A DNA stretch of 64,000 nt from the IMG/VR virus record IMGVR_UViG_3300020049_015566; one strand, written 5' to 3'. The stretch's first letter is position 1; every line of letters begins with the position of its first letter. This stretch comes from an uncultured virus (IMG/VR IMGVR_UViG_3300020049_015566). Lineage: Duplodnaviria > Heunggongvirae > Uroviricota > Caudoviricetes. The translations under genes and the position numbers were made by a program. The notes beneath the pieces are model-generated. The model searched no databases, had not been told where the DNA came from, and worked only from the letters and a program-made list of their open reading frames with translations. Below, piece after piece: positions 48,535-57,959 of this stretch.

Positions 48535-48838
48535 TGAGAAAACGCTGGCCGAAGACCTGCACGTCAGCGGATACAACAGGTACTCCGCAGCAATGTCGAA
48601 AGCTGCCGACGAAATTGAGAAATTGCAGAGTTATTACACTGCGTACAACGAGTGGAGCGACAAGACGGAGTGGATGCAGAAGAACCCGCCCGCCAAGTAT
48701 CTCGGTATGCACCGCGCCGACGCTCTTAAAGACATGATCTCTGAACTCGAAGAACGCTGTGCCACACTCACCGACGCTCTGCGACTAACCGTCCGTCAAA
48801 ACAACCGCGACAAACTAATACCAACACTGAAGAACTGA
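48527..48838 (+). CDS. Hypothetical phage protein
   Basis: AYNEWSDKTEWMQ...YLGMHRAD motif; GAGGT RBS. Confidence 0.6.
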   Translation: MIDEKTLAEDLHVSGYNRYSAAMSKAADEIEKLQSYYTAYNEWSDKTEWMQKNPPAKYLGMHRADALKDMISELEERCATLTDALRLTVRQNNRDKLIPTLKN

Positions 48839-48869
48839 AATCGTGTGAAGCGATACTGGGAGAAACGAA

Positions 48870-49115
48870 ATGACAATCGACATCAACGAATTGCGCCAAC
48901 TGGCGCAAGCGGCAACGCCGGGGCCGGATGGGATCAGCCTTAGTTGGGTTAGGCTTTTGCGAGACTTTCAGCAGGGTGCAAGCCCCGCAGCAATCACTGA
49001 GATTCTCGACCGCCTAGAAGCGGCGGAGAAAGAGCGCGACTGGAATGCAGAACGGCTTGAGGATGCCATAAAAGAATTAACAGTATTACGCGCCAAGATC
49101 GAAGCGGCGGCGTAG
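48870..49115 (+). CDS. Ead/Ea22-like protein
   Basis: IDINELRQLAQAATPGP...ASPAAITEILDRLEAAE. Confidence 0.7.
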   Translation: MTIDINELRQLAQAATPGPDGISLSWVRLLRDFQQGASPAAITEILDRLEAAEKERDWNAERLEDAIKELTVLRAKIEAAA

Positions 49116-49166
49116 CCGTCCAGCTTGATTGCGTTGTTATGTTTCATTTACTGGAGAGGATAAAGC

Positions 49167-49535
49167 ATGAGAATTTATAGTGGAAGTTGCTGCAAGTGTG
49201 ATGTTGGAATACCTACAGGTGCAGTTGATATGCACGGGCGCGAGCTTTTTACTGGTGACATTGTGCAGCTATGGCATGGCAATTACATAGGCACAGATTT
49301 GGAAGAGTGGATGCCGTCCGATGGACTAACCGCGATAGTAGCAAATCAATACCAGTCATATAGCGATGGCTCAATTGTTTTAGTGGATGAAAACGCACCG
49401 CCTTTCACTATGGGGATTCACGATTGCGGCATTAGCAATGACGAGTGGCATGTGTCACTTGTGAAAAGCCACGCTGATATTATTGTTGGTGAGCGTTTTA
49501 AGGCGTTCGGGTTTAACTACCGGAATGAAACATAA
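49167..49535 (+). CDS. Hypothetical protein (YopX-like TG..D..GRELFTGDIV motif)
   Basis: Lower GC than its neighbours; GGAGAGG RBS. Confidence 0.55.
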   Translation: MRIYSGSCCKCDVGIPTGAVDMHGRELFTGDIVQLWHGNYIGTDLEEWMPSDGLTAIVANQYQSYSDGSIVLVDENAPPFTMGIHDCGISNDEWHVSLVKSHADIIVGERFKAFGFNYRNET

Positions 49536-49588
49536 CTTGGTTTAGGCGACAACTGTCGCCTAAACATTTATCCGAACAGGAGAAACAA

Positions 49589-50173
49589 ATGACAACAACA
49601 GCGTTTTACCGCCAGCTTACCGAAGAGCCGCAACCCATGGATGCGCTGCGGACACAGACTGAGCGTGCCGAAGCGGCAGAGGCTGAACTACTGGCAGTCC
49701 GCGACGACAATCACAGCATGATGCTGGAAATCCACAATTTGCGGATTGAGCGGGATGCGTTGGCGGCGGAACTGGCGAAGCTGCGGGGGCAGGAGCCGGT
49801 GGCATGGATGCGCGAAGATGGGAACCTGTACTTGGCGTGGCAGAAAGACCTCTGCCTTCCCGAGGTGCGGTTTTCGCCGCTCTACGCCGCCCCCGTCCCT
49901 GCCGTGGCTGCTGGTCTTCCGGCTATCGGCCCGTACAGGGACTTTATCCCCGCACCTGCTGTGCCTGCACCGAGCGTGCCGGAGGAGTGGCGGGAGTCCA
50001 CAAAGGCGATGCTGCTTTCCCTCGATGAGGCCATCCGGGCGGGTAATGCGGTATATGTGCGGCAGGAAGACAAGGTTGTTAATCACCGCCACTGCTGGAT
50101 GCGTTTTCACGAGACGCGGCAAGTAGTTGAGGCACTGCTGCAATCCGCCCCGCCACCCCCCAAGAAGCGTTAG
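49589..50173 (+). CDS. Mosaic phage protein, paralogue of 47815..48534
   Basis: ERDALAAELAKLRGQEPVAW...PLYAAPVP...ALLQSAP. Confidence 0.6.
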   Translation: MTTTAFYRQLTEEPQPMDALRTQTERAEAAEAELLAVRDDNHSMMLEIHNLRIERDALAAELAKLRGQEPVAWMREDGNLYLAWQKDLCLPEVRFSPLYAAPVPAVAAGLPAIGPYRDFIPAPAVPAPSVPEEWRESTKAMLLSLDEAIRAGNAVYVRQEDKVVNHRHCWMRFHETRQVVEALLQSAPPPPKKR

Positions 50174-50183
50174 GAGTTGAACC

Positions 50184-50741
50184 ATGTCTATTTTCCATGA
50201 ATACCCCGAGAGCGAAGTCTCGGTGAACCTGCTGGTCTCTGATCAGCTTCAGATCGAGAAAGCCTTCCTGGGCCTGGCCGCCCGGCCGCTGCCGCGCACC
50301 GGGATCCTGGCGCCGAATTCCCCCACGGGGTATATCGCCGTTAAGCTGGTGGATGGGACCTGGGGGCTGGCGAGATTCTTCCGGGGTCGGTCGCGCATCC
50401 TCCCCCACCATGTTCTTGGGCGGATGCCGGTCTTTACCTCTCGGGTTCAGGCTCGCTCTGAGGCGCTTCGTCTCAGCCTCGCCGCAGCCCCACCCCCCGG
50501 TAAGTCAGAGTTCGATAGCTTCTGGGCTGAGATGGGTCAGGTCTTCAAGCTCAACAAGTCGGTCTTGCCTGTCTATTTCAACAAGGCGGTTTCGCTGTCG
50601 CTGCAGGAACTCCTCTTCCGGCTCGACCTGGTTCCGGCAGACCTGCCCAACCTCAAGAAGGATTTTGCGGAAGGCGGATCCCTGCAGGCAGATCTGTATC
50701 AGCGCCTGCAGGACTTCTACAACCGGAATCTTGATATCTGA
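50184..50741 (+). CDS. Hypothetical protein
   Basis: AGGAG RBS. Confidence 0.55.
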   Translation: MSIFHEYPESEVSVNLLVSDQLQIEKAFLGLAARPLPRTGILAPNSPTGYIAVKLVDGTWGLARFFRGRSRILPHHVLGRMPVFTSRVQARSEALRLSLAAAPPPGKSEFDSFWAEMGQVFKLNKSVLPVYFNKAVSLSLQELLFRLDLVPADLPNLKKDFAEGGSLQADLYQRLQDFYNRNLDI

Positions 50742-50747
50742 AAAGCA

Positions 50748-50779
50748 AACGGCCCGATCAGTTGCCTGATCGGGCCGTT
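50748..50779. terminator. 14-bp intergenic hairpin (possible terminator or processing site)
   Basis: aacggcccgatcag-ttgc-ctgatcgggccgtt; U-tail is weak. Confidence 0.5.
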
Positions 50780-50816
50780 CACCACCACGCACCCCACCCC
50801 CTGGAGTAATACCATT

Positions 50817-51077
50817 ATGCAACATCTCACCATCTATTTCTACTGTGACGGTAGCTTGAAGCGCCGGCGCCTCGCCCGTCGTTACACGACAACCAGTCGT
50901 CTCATCGAAAGTCGTCACAGTCTTCGCCGTGAAGCCTTGGACCTCGCCGTGGCGACGGCGGAGGGCCGGGTCAAGCCCACGTTGCAGGATATCACCCGTC
51001 TGGAAGTCTTCGACGGCCACACCAAGGTCCAGGTAATTCACTTCCAGGACCCGAATGGGGGGTCGGATGATGAGTAA
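50817..51077 (+). CDS. Hypothetical protein
   Basis: GGAGTAA RBS. Confidence 0.5.
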   Translation: MQHLTIYFYCDGSLKRRRLARRYTTTSRLIESRHSLRREALDLAVATAEGRVKPTLQDITRLEVFDGHTKVQVIHFQDPNGGSDDE

Positions 51078-51378
51078 GGCCTACGCTCAAGCCCTGGTTG
51101 CCTTGACGGTCAATATCATCGCCACCCTGTCCCCTTATTTCAAGGACCCGTTCACGGTCGGTGAAGACCTCGTCTCCCACCTGATCTCGGAAGCTGACAC
51201 GACGTATCTCGGATTGTGGGACACCATTGATCAACGCTATCTGGTGATCTCAATTCTGGGGCCTGACGAAGTCTGTTTGACTTTCCAGTCCTGCTTCGAC
51301 CCGGACGACTGCTGGTCGTTCAACGTCTCGGCGGCAAGTTCCATCCTGTTACAATCGGGTAACATTACTGTTACATAA
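51067..51378 (+). CDS. Hypothetical protein
   Basis: Overlaps the previous stop. Confidence 0.5.
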   Translation: MMSKAYAQALVALTVNIIATLSPYFKDPFTVGEDLVSHLISEADTTYLGLWDTIDQRYLVISILGPDEVCLTFQSCFDPDDCWSFNVSAASSILLQSGNITVT

Positions 51379-51443
51379 CAACAATCCGTGGAGAGCTATA
51401 ATGGAAGACGTACCGATTTATACCGAAGACTGGAGCCCTGAAG

Positions 51444-51776
51444 ATGGCCGAACTTAACGCTGAATGGCTGCGCTACCGCCAGAGCCTGCGTTCCCGTATC
51501 GAAGCCCTGGATGACCTGGTTCGCTTCCCTGGTGGGGATCGACTGCTGGTAATCACGGCACGGCGAGGCGCAGCCAGTCTGGCCTTGTCCCAGAACGGCC
51601 GGATGCTCTGCAACCTTCATCATGGGTTGTGGATGGTCAACGGCCGGGAGCGGGCGACCGAGAAGGTTCAGTCCGACCCTACCCTTTTTGCCCTGGGGGC
51701 CGCCCCGGAGTCCTTGCAGAAATATGCTGCCAGGGCGCGGGATGCCCTCCTTGAACTGCTGGAGAAGACAGCATGA
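51444..51776 (+). CDS. Hypothetical protein
   Basis: GGAG RBS; ATGA overlap with the next gene. Confidence 0.55.
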   Translation: MAELNAEWLRYRQSLRSRIEALDDLVRFPGGDRLLVITARRGAASLALSQNGRMLCNLHHGLWMVNGRERATEKVQSDPTLFALGAAPESLQKYAARARDALLELLEKTA

Positions 51777-52006
51777 GTTTTGAACAACTGACGATTCGCA
51801 GCACCTGCCTCTATGTGCTGAACAACGACGGTCCCAAGACCACCAAGGCCCTGTTCCTGGAGTGCCACACCCAGCTGGAGCCGAGTCCTAGCCCTTCCGA
51901 GGTCATTACTGAGCTAAACCTGATGGTCGAGCAAGGCCTGCTGGAAATTGTTGTAACCCCCACCGACCCCAAACAAGACCCCGTCTACGGAGTAAAGCTG
52001 AAATGA
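51773..52006 (+). CDS. Small winged-helix-like protein
   Basis: DGPKTTKALF...SEVITELNLMVEQGLLE. Confidence 0.45.
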   Translation: MSFEQLTIRSTCLYVLNNDGPKTTKALFLECHTQLEPSPSPSEVITELNLMVEQGLLEIVVTPTDPKQDPVYGVKLK

Positions 52007-52710
52007 AACCCCAAGCACTTGCTATTCGCGCTCATGAGCTCGCTTCCATCCTGGAAACCTTCGGTGAGCAGTTCCCCGAGCTCGAGGCTCAAACCCAGCG
52101 CACCGAAACGGGATCGGCGCACCTGATCGAGTTTAAGGACGAGGGACAGGCCTCCTTCTTCATGGGACTGCTGGAAGGCGTTCGTGAGCTGCTGTACTTC
52201 GCCCCGCGTGAGCATATCGAAGGTGATGAGAACTTCCGGCAGCTCCTGCCCTACGTCCTGGTCCATGGCCCAAACGAGGGTAGCGTCCTTGGCTATAACC
52301 GCCCCGGCAAGGGTCAAGGTGAATCCCGCCTGCAGGGTGCCTTCTCGATCGGCTTCGGGGGCCATGTTGAGCTCAAGGACTGGAGACCGGGGCAGTCCGT
52401 GGGGGAGATGCTCTCAGCCTGCGCCGATCGCGAGCTGGCCGAAGAGCTGGGTGTGAACGCCTGCCAGCAGGTCCCCGCTCTTCCTTCGGCCCTTCTGGTT
52501 GACAACACCAACCTTGTCGGCCGTGTCCATCTGGGCCTGGTTTACCAAACCTATGTGCGAGGGGACTTTGACGTCGACTCCTCCGAGGTCGAGAATCTGG
52601 TCTGGACCCCCCACAAGGAGATCAGCGAGATTCAAAACCCCGAAAACTGGACGGCCATGCTGCTTGGCCTGCCTTTGCCTGGCTGGATTATTGAGGTCAA
52701 GGGAGACTGA
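52003..52710 (+). CDS. NUDIX-family phosphoesterase-like protein
   Basis: EGDENFRQLLPYVLV...GESRLQG..SIGFGGHV...RELAEELG...VGRVHLG...ENW. Confidence 0.75.
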   Translation: MKPQALAIRAHELASILETFGEQFPELEAQTQRTETGSAHLIEFKDEGQASFFMGLLEGVRELLYFAPREHIEGDENFRQLLPYVLVHGPNEGSVLGYNRPGKGQGESRLQGAFSIGFGGHVELKDWRPGQSVGEMLSACADRELAEELGVNACQQVPALPSALLVDNTNLVGRVHLGLVYQTYVRGDFDVDSSEVENLVWTPHKEISEIQNPENWTAMLLGLPLPGWIIEVKGD

Positions 52711-52711
52711 C

Positions 52712-53437
52712 ATGGCCGACCAGGTGATGATCGACACCCTGGGGGTGACGACAAACCCGGAGGGGGAGAGCTGGGTAACCTTCTCCCCAGTCGGTCCCGC
52801 CTTCTCCCTCACCCCCCCATTCCAGGCCTCCGAGTTCCGGGTAGCCCCCGGTTCCCGGCTCGGCCGGGGTACCTTCCTGGATATCGACAAGTTCTCGGCT
52901 TCCAAGGGGATAAACACCCGGCGGTGGGGAGACAAGGTGGAGGCTGCCATCCAGGAGGTGGCCTGGGCCCTGCCGGTGCCGTACCTCCAGGCCCAGGTTC
53001 CCATTCATTACATGCGGACAGGGAGGGGTGGGGAGGTCCTGCGGGCCATGGTGGGGCTCTCCGGCCTGCTCATGGGGGCCACGGCGCTGACTCACCACTG
53101 GTTGACACTGCCGAAGACTATGCGGGATTCACGGGTCTGTGACAGCAACATCGGAGCCGTCGTGTGCTGGGGGGTGACCTCCGGCGACCAGCCCCTGATG
53201 CGGGAGGTGGAAAGGGCTGAACGACGGACCCCCCTGCTTTGGCTAACGGATGATGAATTCCTCATCAAGTCCCCAGCAGGGAGGTGGGTGGACGCCGACA
53301 AGTTCCTGGCGGCGGCTGACAAGCTGCTCCGCCTTCCGGACTTCAACCCATATGCCGTGCTGAGAACCTGGGCGATCCAGCGCTATGAGCACCGGCAGTT
53401 TGACGTTGCCCCGCACCTTTACTTTCTCCACCGCTGA
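52712..53437 (+). CDS. Hypothetical protein
   Basis: Start MADQVM after GGGAG. Confidence 0.5.
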   Translation: MADQVMIDTLGVTTNPEGESWVTFSPVGPAFSLTPPFQASEFRVAPGSRLGRGTFLDIDKFSASKGINTRRWGDKVEAAIQEVAWALPVPYLQAQVPIHYMRTGRGGEVLRAMVGLSGLLMGATALTHHWLTLPKTMRDSRVCDSNIGAVVCWGVTSGDQPLMREVERAERRTPLLWLTDDEFLIKSPAGRWVDADKFLAAADKLLRLPDFNPYAVLRTWAIQRYEHRQFDVAPHLYFLHR

Positions 53438-53476
53438 GGGTTGGGCGGTGATTTACAACCTTGGAGTAGGCATAGC

Positions 53477-54067
53477 ATGAACTTTGAAGAAGCCCGAGGG
53501 TTATTCCCCGGCTGGAACCCGATGCACCAGATGATAAAGCCACAGCATCTGGACAAGCTCCGCCTCGTTACGGACCACGACCTGATAGCCTATGGGATTG
53601 ACTTCCTGGAGTTACCGGCATCCGTTCGGGCGGAGGTAAGCGGACCGGAGGGTTTGTCCGGTTTCAACCTCCCGGACGTTCCGGCCAATTTCATCCGCAT
53701 GGTCAGCCGGGTATTTCCCAATGTCGCCCACCTGCACCGATACCCTCGGTTGCTGGACGTCGACTTCTCCGAAGCTGTCGTCCACAACCACTGGATGTGG
53801 TTCGGCAGCTACCGGAAGATCCACCTGCAGGACGGGGAATCCTCCATGTCATGGTTGAAGCCCCAAACGAACTATCAGGAATCCTCCGGCCACTTCCGGC
53901 GGGTGGCCACCAGTACCTTGCTGATGGGTCGTGAGTGGATGAACTCGACTTGCCCCTGCGGGCCTTCCTGTCTGAGACCCGATCACTGGCAGCAACGGAG
54001 CACCGGCCCTGGTCGCGGTCGCTCCCCCAACCTTAATCTCCGTATCCCCAAGAGGACTGCCGAATGA
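53477..54067 (+). CDS. Hypothetical protein; C-terminal C..C.RPDH resembles a degenerate HNH/His-Cys element
   Basis: HWMWFG...CPCGPSCLRPDHW; GGAG RBS. Confidence 0.45.
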   Translation: MNFEEARGLFPGWNPMHQMIKPQHLDKLRLVTDHDLIAYGIDFLELPASVRAEVSGPEGLSGFNLPDVPANFIRMVSRVFPNVAHLHRYPRLLDVDFSEAVVHNHWMWFGSYRKIHLQDGESSMSWLKPQTNYQESSGHFRRVATSTLLMGREWMNSTCPCGPSCLRPDHWQQRSTGPGRGRSPNLNLRIPKRTAE

Positions 54068-54276
54068 GCATCTATGACGTTTCTGGTGAACTGAACTCCC
54101 CCAAGGTCGACGCCCGCCTGCATGAATACTGGACCGAGTGCCAGCTTCACCGTCGTGAGCGGCAGTTGGACGACGAAGAATTCGCCGGCTGTATGCAGAC
54201 AAACGCCGGCGATGGCAAGCTGCCCTTTGCCACCCGTATGAAGCTCCTCAAGTTCACGGGAGTCAAAGCCGCATGA
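54064..54276 (+). CDS. Hypothetical protein
   Basis: ATGA overlaps at both ends. Confidence 0.55.
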   Translation: MSIYDVSGELNSPKVDARLHEYWTECQLHRRERQLDDEEFAGCMQTNAGDGKLPFATRMKLLKFTGVKAA

Positions 54277-55649
54277 AGAAGACCCTCCGGGCGTACCAGA
54301 TCCAGGATCTGGCCCGCATGATTGCCGAACCCCGGCTGATCCACCGGGGGGAGCCCGCAACGGGCAAGACGGCGCCCTGTTGCGCGATGGCGCAGTATGT
54401 GTTCGAGTACGAGGGGGGCGCCACCCTCTTCCTGCAACCGAAGTCGATCATCCAGAAGAACCGGCAGGAGATGCTGGACTGCACCAGCTGCTTCGACATT
54501 GATGATGTGATCATCTTCGACCCACAGAAGATCCACAAGCTCCGCAAGCCACCGACGGTGATCCTCACCACGGCGGATACGCTGGTGCGGCACTGGGCGT
54601 CGATCCAGGCGATCACCTCCCGGCCGATCAAGCTCTGTCTGGCCGATGAATCCCACCTGTACTTCAGTTCCGACAAGGCGAAGCGGACCCAGTTCTGGTA
54701 TTCGGTGATGGACAAGATCCCTCGCCTGATCGCCATGACTGGGACGCCGATCCGTGGCCGGATGGATTCCATCTACCCGGCGATCCACATGATCGAACCC
54801 CGTTACTATGGTTCCCAGAAGAATTTCATCAACTACCACGCGCTGATGAGTTTCGAGGGCAAGATCATCGGCTGGACCAATCATCTCAAGCTCGGCCGGA
54901 TTCTGAACCAGCATGCTATCAACCGGACTTTCAAGGAATGCTATGGGGAGGAGAAGAAGCTGCTGCTCCCGGTGACGCTGGAGATGAGTTCCCAGCACCG
55001 CAAGTTCTATGACCAGTTCCATGAAATGGCGGTCCTGGAACTGGACAATGATGACGTCCTGACAGCAACCAACGAGGCGGTGGCCGTCATGCGGGCCCGT
55101 CAGATCATTGCCCACCCTGAGAGCATCGGCATTGAAGGGTGGAAGGATGAGGTCCTGCCGAAGGATCAGTGGATCCTGGAGGAGGTAGTCCCGAATTATA
55201 ACTCCGCCCTGATCTTCTGCACGCTGGTGAAGGAACAGGAACGATTGAAGAACCTCCTGGAGGCCGAGGGGTTACGGGTCGGCCTGATCAACGGCTCTGT
55301 CAGCCTCAGCCGGCGGGCGGAGATCGACCGGATGTTCCAGGCAGGTGAGCTGGACTTCATCGTGGCCTCCCCGGCAACAGCCGGTGTGGGCTTCAACTGG
55401 CAGCGGGCGGAGTGTGTTGTCTTTGTGAGCTGTGACTATATGGACGACAACATCGTTCAGGCGTATCGTCGAGCAATTCGCGGCGTGCGCGACACTACGT
55501 TGCCGATCTATATCCTGCGCTACGCAAAGACGGTCGAGAAACGCATCCTGCAGATCCTGGAAACGAAGAGTGCCCTGGCGGCCAAGATTGACCCCACCCG
55601 CGAGGCCCTGGCCGGTCTCTATACTGATGAGGATTTCTATGATGTCTGA
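54273..55649 (+). CDS. SF2 (SNF2-like) helicase
   Basis: LRAYQ, GEPATGKT, ADESH, MTGTP, AGVGFNWQ, QAYRRAIR. Confidence 0.9.
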   Translation: MKKTLRAYQIQDLARMIAEPRLIHRGEPATGKTAPCCAMAQYVFEYEGGATLFLQPKSIIQKNRQEMLDCTSCFDIDDVIIFDPQKIHKLRKPPTVILTTADTLVRHWASIQAITSRPIKLCLADESHLYFSSDKAKRTQFWYSVMDKIPRLIAMTGTPIRGRMDSIYPAIHMIEPRYYGSQKNFINYHALMSFEGKIIGWTNHLKLGRILNQHAINRTFKECYGEEKKLLLPVTLEMSSQHRKFYDQFHEMAVLELDNDDVLTATNEAVAVMRARQIIAHPESIGIEGWKDEVLPKDQWILEEVVPNYNSALIFCTLVKEQERLKNLLEAEGLRVGLINGSVSLSRRAEIDRMFQAGELDFIVASPATAGVGFNWQRAECVVFVSCDYMDDNIVQAYRRAIRGVRDTTLPIYILRYAKTVEKRILQILETKSALAAKIDPTREALAGLYTDEDFYDV

Positions 55650-55839
55650 ACGAACCCGTAACCTTGGGAAGGTCCTGTACTACTGGGCTGAAGGCTATAA
55701 CGTCACCCTCCGGCAGGTCTGGGCGGGCACCCCTGGCTGGTTTGGGCTGCTTGTGTTCCTGATGGTCATTACGCCCTTCATGCCGATCCTGCTGATCACC
55801 AGCCTGGTTTTGGGGGTTCCCGATGACGACGCCCCCTGA
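55639..55839 (+). CDS. Small membrane protein
   Basis: GWFGLLVFLMVITPFMPILLITSLVLG; GAGG upstream. Confidence 0.5.
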   Translation: MMSERTRNLGKVLYYWAEGYNVTLRQVWAGTPGWFGLLVFLMVITPFMPILLITSLVLGVPDDDAP

Positions 55840-56104
55840 GCTCTCGGATCTGGAGCATGCCCTCTGGTTCGTGAAGACCTACTGCCCGCACTGGCCGATT
55901 GTCGGCCGGGACTGGCAGACGTTGGACGGAACTCAAGAGGAGCACCGGGAGGAGGCTGAACGCTGCTATGCGTTGCTTGAAAAGGCCGGTTTGATCGAGC
56001 TGGCCCTCCGGCCTCCGCGGGCTAAGCCGTGGCGTTCCGGGAAGCCCAACTTCATCGCCCATAGTCCAGAGGAGAAGAAGGTATGCCTACATTGCCAAAG
56101 GTAG
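55823..56104 (+). CDS. Hypothetical protein
   Basis: Part of an overlapping chain of ORFs. Confidence 0.5.
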   Translation: MTTPPELSDLEHALWFVKTYCPHWPIVGRDWQTLDGTQEEHREEAERCYALLEKAGLIELALRPPRAKPWRSGKPNFIAHSPEEKKVCLHCQR

Positions 56105-56523
56105 GGAGGGTCAAGCAGACTCTGATTGACCGGGTGCTGAAGGAGAACGAGTTCAGCAGCCTCCAGGAGATGTTTGATTACTACCTGAAGGAAGGGCATG
56201 GCCCCTATCAGATTGCGCTCTTCCTGGGGATCCACCGTCGGACGGTGCATAGCTGGGCGATTGAAGCCGGCGTGGTGCTTCCGAAGCGCTGTGAGAAGAG
56301 GGCCTTCCCCAAGAGTCCCATGCCGCCCCAGGCGCTGGAAGCATCCAAGGAGGTCTGTACGCGGTGGATTGACTGGAGAGGTCAACGTGTCAGCATGCAG
56401 GATGCCGCCAAGCGCCTGGGGATCACTGGGCAGGCTATGGCGTATCGGCTGGATAACTGGAATAATCTGGAGCGGGCAATGACTGAGAGGCGTGACCCCA
56501 ACGCCGGAGGGAGAACACGATGA
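56083..56523 (+). CDS. Protein with two HTH-like segments (putative regulator)
   Basis: GPYQIALFLGIHRRTVHSW and SMQDAAKRLGITGQAMAYRL. Confidence 0.65.
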   Translation: MPTLPKVGRVKQTLIDRVLKENEFSSLQEMFDYYLKEGHGPYQIALFLGIHRRTVHSWAIEAGVVLPKRCEKRAFPKSPMPPQALEASKEVCTRWIDWRGQRVSMQDAAKRLGITGQAMAYRLDNWNNLERAMTERRDPNAGGRTR

Positions 56524-56660
56524 AGAAATTTCTGATGCTGCTGATTGCTGTAACCCTGACGGGCTGCGCTGGTCAACTTCCGGTCCCCTGCCTTGAGATC
56601 AAGATCTGCCCCACCCAGGTGGTGGGTTTTAGCACCGGAGGTGGGGATGTACTACGTTAA
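56520..56660 (+). CDS. Small lipoprotein (46 aa, below the ORF-track cutoff)
   Basis: MKKFLMLLIAVTLTGC signal peptide with lipobox; ATGA overlap with the upstream gene. Confidence 0.65.
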   Translation: MKKFLMLLIAVTLTGCAGQLPVPCLEIKICPTQVVGFSTGGGDVLR

Positions 56661-56895
56661 GGCCTACCTGATCTTCATGACGGTCTTCTTCATCCTGTAT
56701 CTGTGGGAGACTGCCAGCTGTGTTCGGGACGTAGAAGACCAGGGTGCAGTCGTTCCCTTCTTCGTTCTCCGGAACATTATCCTCCGCGACTTCACGCATG
56801 CTTTCTTTTGGCCAGTGATTGCAACCGGTGTCTATCTGACCTGGGCCTTGATGTCGGGTCAGAAGATTTACAAAAGGCTCACAAAGAAGTCGTAG
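56647..56895 (+). CDS. Small membrane protein
   Basis: Start MYYVKAYLIF after GGAGGT; two hydrophobic segments. Confidence 0.55.
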   Translation: MYYVKAYLIFMTVFFILYLWETASCVRDVEDQGAVVPFFVLRNIILRDFTHAFFWPVIATGVYLTWALMSGQKIYKRLTKKS

Positions 56896-56994
56896 ACGGG
56901 TTGGGAGACGCCCCTTAAACTGAAACCTCACCAGCCAGTTCTTACTAACCTAACTTTTTCGGGTCGGGCTTTTCAAGCGGCAGGTGCTTTCCAC

Positions 56995-57020
56995 CCTCCC
57001 CCTCGGGGGAGGTTTTTTTT
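56995..57020 (+). terminator. Rho-independent terminator
   Basis: cctcccc-ctcg-ggggagg followed by T8. Confidence 0.75.
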
Positions 57021-57107
57021 ACCCTAGTTGAAGGTGCCCTGCGTTGACATCAGCGCACGGCGGTTCCCAAGACCCCGTGGTCGATCCGGGCACCTTCAAG
57101 TGGGGTA
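57020..57107. other. Intergenic multi-stem structured element (candidate ncRNA or leader)
   Basis: Outer stem ttgaaggtgccc (57028-39) / gggcaccttcaa (57088-99) encloses tgcgttg/cagcgca and cacgg/ccgtg stems. Confidence 0.45.
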
Positions 57108-57193
57108 CGAGAAAAAAGCAGTTGGAGCTTTACCACACTATAGGCTATGGACAGCCTGCCAACTCAAACACACTCTTTTACGAGACCTGAATC

Positions 57194-57883
57194 ATGACCC
57201 AGAACCACATTCAAGACCAGATCGAAGCCGCCCGCAAGCTCGCTCAAGAGCAAGCCAACGCCCTCCCCGCGGCTGACACGACTGTCGCCACCGTTACCCC
57301 CGGTGCCAACCAGGTTGCCCTCCCCACTGCCGGCAAGAAAGTCACCATGGAAGACCTGATGGTCGGCCAGATGGCTGTCGACGGCTGGATGAAGGTTGCC
57401 TTCGACGGCATCAAGGTCGGTGAGTCGAAGTTCATCGACGAAGCCGGCTTCACTGCCATCATCGACGCCCGCGAAGGTGTCGGCTACACCCCTCAGCTGT
57501 CCATCAAGTTCGGACAGTCTCCGGTCAACTACCTGAAGACCTATGACCAGGTAACGGCCAGCAACGGCAAGTCCTGGCCGGATGAGCTGGTGCGTATCGG
57601 CCAGCAGTTCCCGACGGCCCGTCCGTACCCCTCGGCGGATGTCATTGCCATGCTGGTCAAGGATACCGGCACCCTGAAGGCAGGTCAGAACGTGGGCTAT
57701 GCCCTGGCGACGACCTCCTTCAAGCACTTCGCCAACTTCCTGCGGGACGTTGAAAGTGCCGGCCTGAAGGGTGAGCGCGTGCTGGTGCAGATCAGCTGCA
57801 TCCCGAAGGAAGGCAAGGGTAACAAGTGGGGTGAAGTCAAATACACCCTGATTGGCCCGGCCGACGCTGGCGGCGAGGAGTAA
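57194..57883 (+). CDS. Putative single-stranded DNA-binding / recombination protein
   Basis: Strongly biased codons, acidic C-terminal tail, own terminator, position between helicase and exonuclease/polymerase genes. Confidence 0.55.
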   Translation: MTQNHIQDQIEAARKLAQEQANALPAADTTVATVTPGANQVALPTAGKKVTMEDLMVGQMAVDGWMKVAFDGIKVGESKFIDEAGFTAIIDAREGVGYTPQLSIKFGQSPVNYLKTYDQVTASNGKSWPDELVRIGQQFPTARPYPSADVIAMLVKDTGTLKAGQNVGYALATTSFKHFANFLRDVESAGLKGERVLVQISCIPKEGKGNKWGEVKYTLIGPADAGGEE

Positions 57884-57908
57884 TCCTCAACGCAGGAGGC
57901 GTAACGAG

Positions 57909-57935
57909 AAGGCCCACCGCAAGGTGGGCCTTTTT
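57909..57935 (+). terminator. Rho-independent terminator
   Basis: aaggcccacc-gcaa-ggtgggcc followed by a T-tract. Confidence 0.85.
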
Positions 57936-57959
57936 CATATCTGAAATCTGGAGTAGTGC

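Noticed and set aside
57040..57090. Twister ribozyme (ggttcccaag resembles a twister loop)
   Set aside because: The conserved UAA cleavage-site strand and matching pseudoknot partners were not found.
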